Source: an uncultured Candidatus Saccharibacteria bacterium (lineage in GTDB: Bacteria > Patescibacteriota > Saccharimonadia > CAILAD01 > BJGX01). Taken from it: a stretch of DNA of 64,000 bases. The position numbers were made by a program, and so were the translations under genes. Location of the stretch: the NCBI GenBank assembly GCA_964637185.1, contig CAZWVB010000001.1, positions 68,539 to 132,538 of the forward strand. Reading direction: 5' to 3'. Shown one piece after another: positions 63,759 through 64,000 of the stretch (position 1 is the first letter of the stretch; each line of letters begins with the position of its first letter). The notes under the pieces are model-generated. The model was not told where the DNA came from, searched no databases, and saw only the letters and a list, made by a program, of their open reading frames with translations.

Positions 63759-64000
63759 ATGCAAGACGAACAATTCCCAAGCCAATTTGATCGCTTTACG
63801 CAGAATGCCAAGAAGAGTCTGGAATATGCTGGGCAATTTGCTTTGAGCACCGGTAGTACCTATGTGGGTACCGAGCATTTGCTGGTGGGTATACTCAAGA
63901 CCAACACTAGTCTGGGTGCTCGACTATTGGCTGATGCCGGTGTCAGTCTCGACAAAATAGATCTAAGCAATATGCAGTCGGCAACCCAGGCAGACGCCTC
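63759..64000 (+). CDS. Clp ATPase (ClpC-like) N-terminal domain, runs off the window
   Basis: Translates as MQDEQFPSQFDRFTQNAKKSL..YVGTEHLLVGIL; AGGAGG SD. Confidence 0.8.
   Translation, partial: MQDEQFPSQFDRFTQNAKKSLEYAGQFALSTGSTYVGTEHLLVGILKTNTSLGARLLADAGVSLDKIDLSNMQSATQADA

Overview
This is chromosomal DNA from a reduced-genome bacterium, most likely Patescibacteria/CPR and Saccharibacteria-like (inferred from gene content, not from a marker gene). It carries housekeeping genes (archaeal-type proS, xth, rpmG, DsbA/VKOR, gap-rpiB-rpe-tkt, trxB, uvrBAC, secG, folD, lemA/htpX, ligA, gatCAB, dnaE, rplS, rnhB, nusA, start of clpC) and 8 tRNAs. I see no integrase, transposase, CRISPR or rRNA. 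Main unusual signals: (1) six GC-rich orphan mini-transcription units with strong Shine-Dalgarno sites, mostly AT-rich sigma70-like promoters and long 3' hairpins lacking an adjacent U-tract, in a genome whose core genes look largely leaderless; (2) a ~500-nt structured RNA with a T-box antiterminator/terminator core upstream of an M14 hydrolase; (3) six exported proteins sharing one N-terminal leader fused to unrelated cargos, including CHAP, M23 and Rpf-like cell-wall enzymes; (4) a cassette inserted between two copies of the xth 3' end; (5) a 112-bp tandem repeat built from a tRNA-Leu 5' half plus an anti-anticodon sequence; (6) repeated loss of metal-binding Cys motifs in core enzymes. All calls are by-eye motif recognition; no searches were run.
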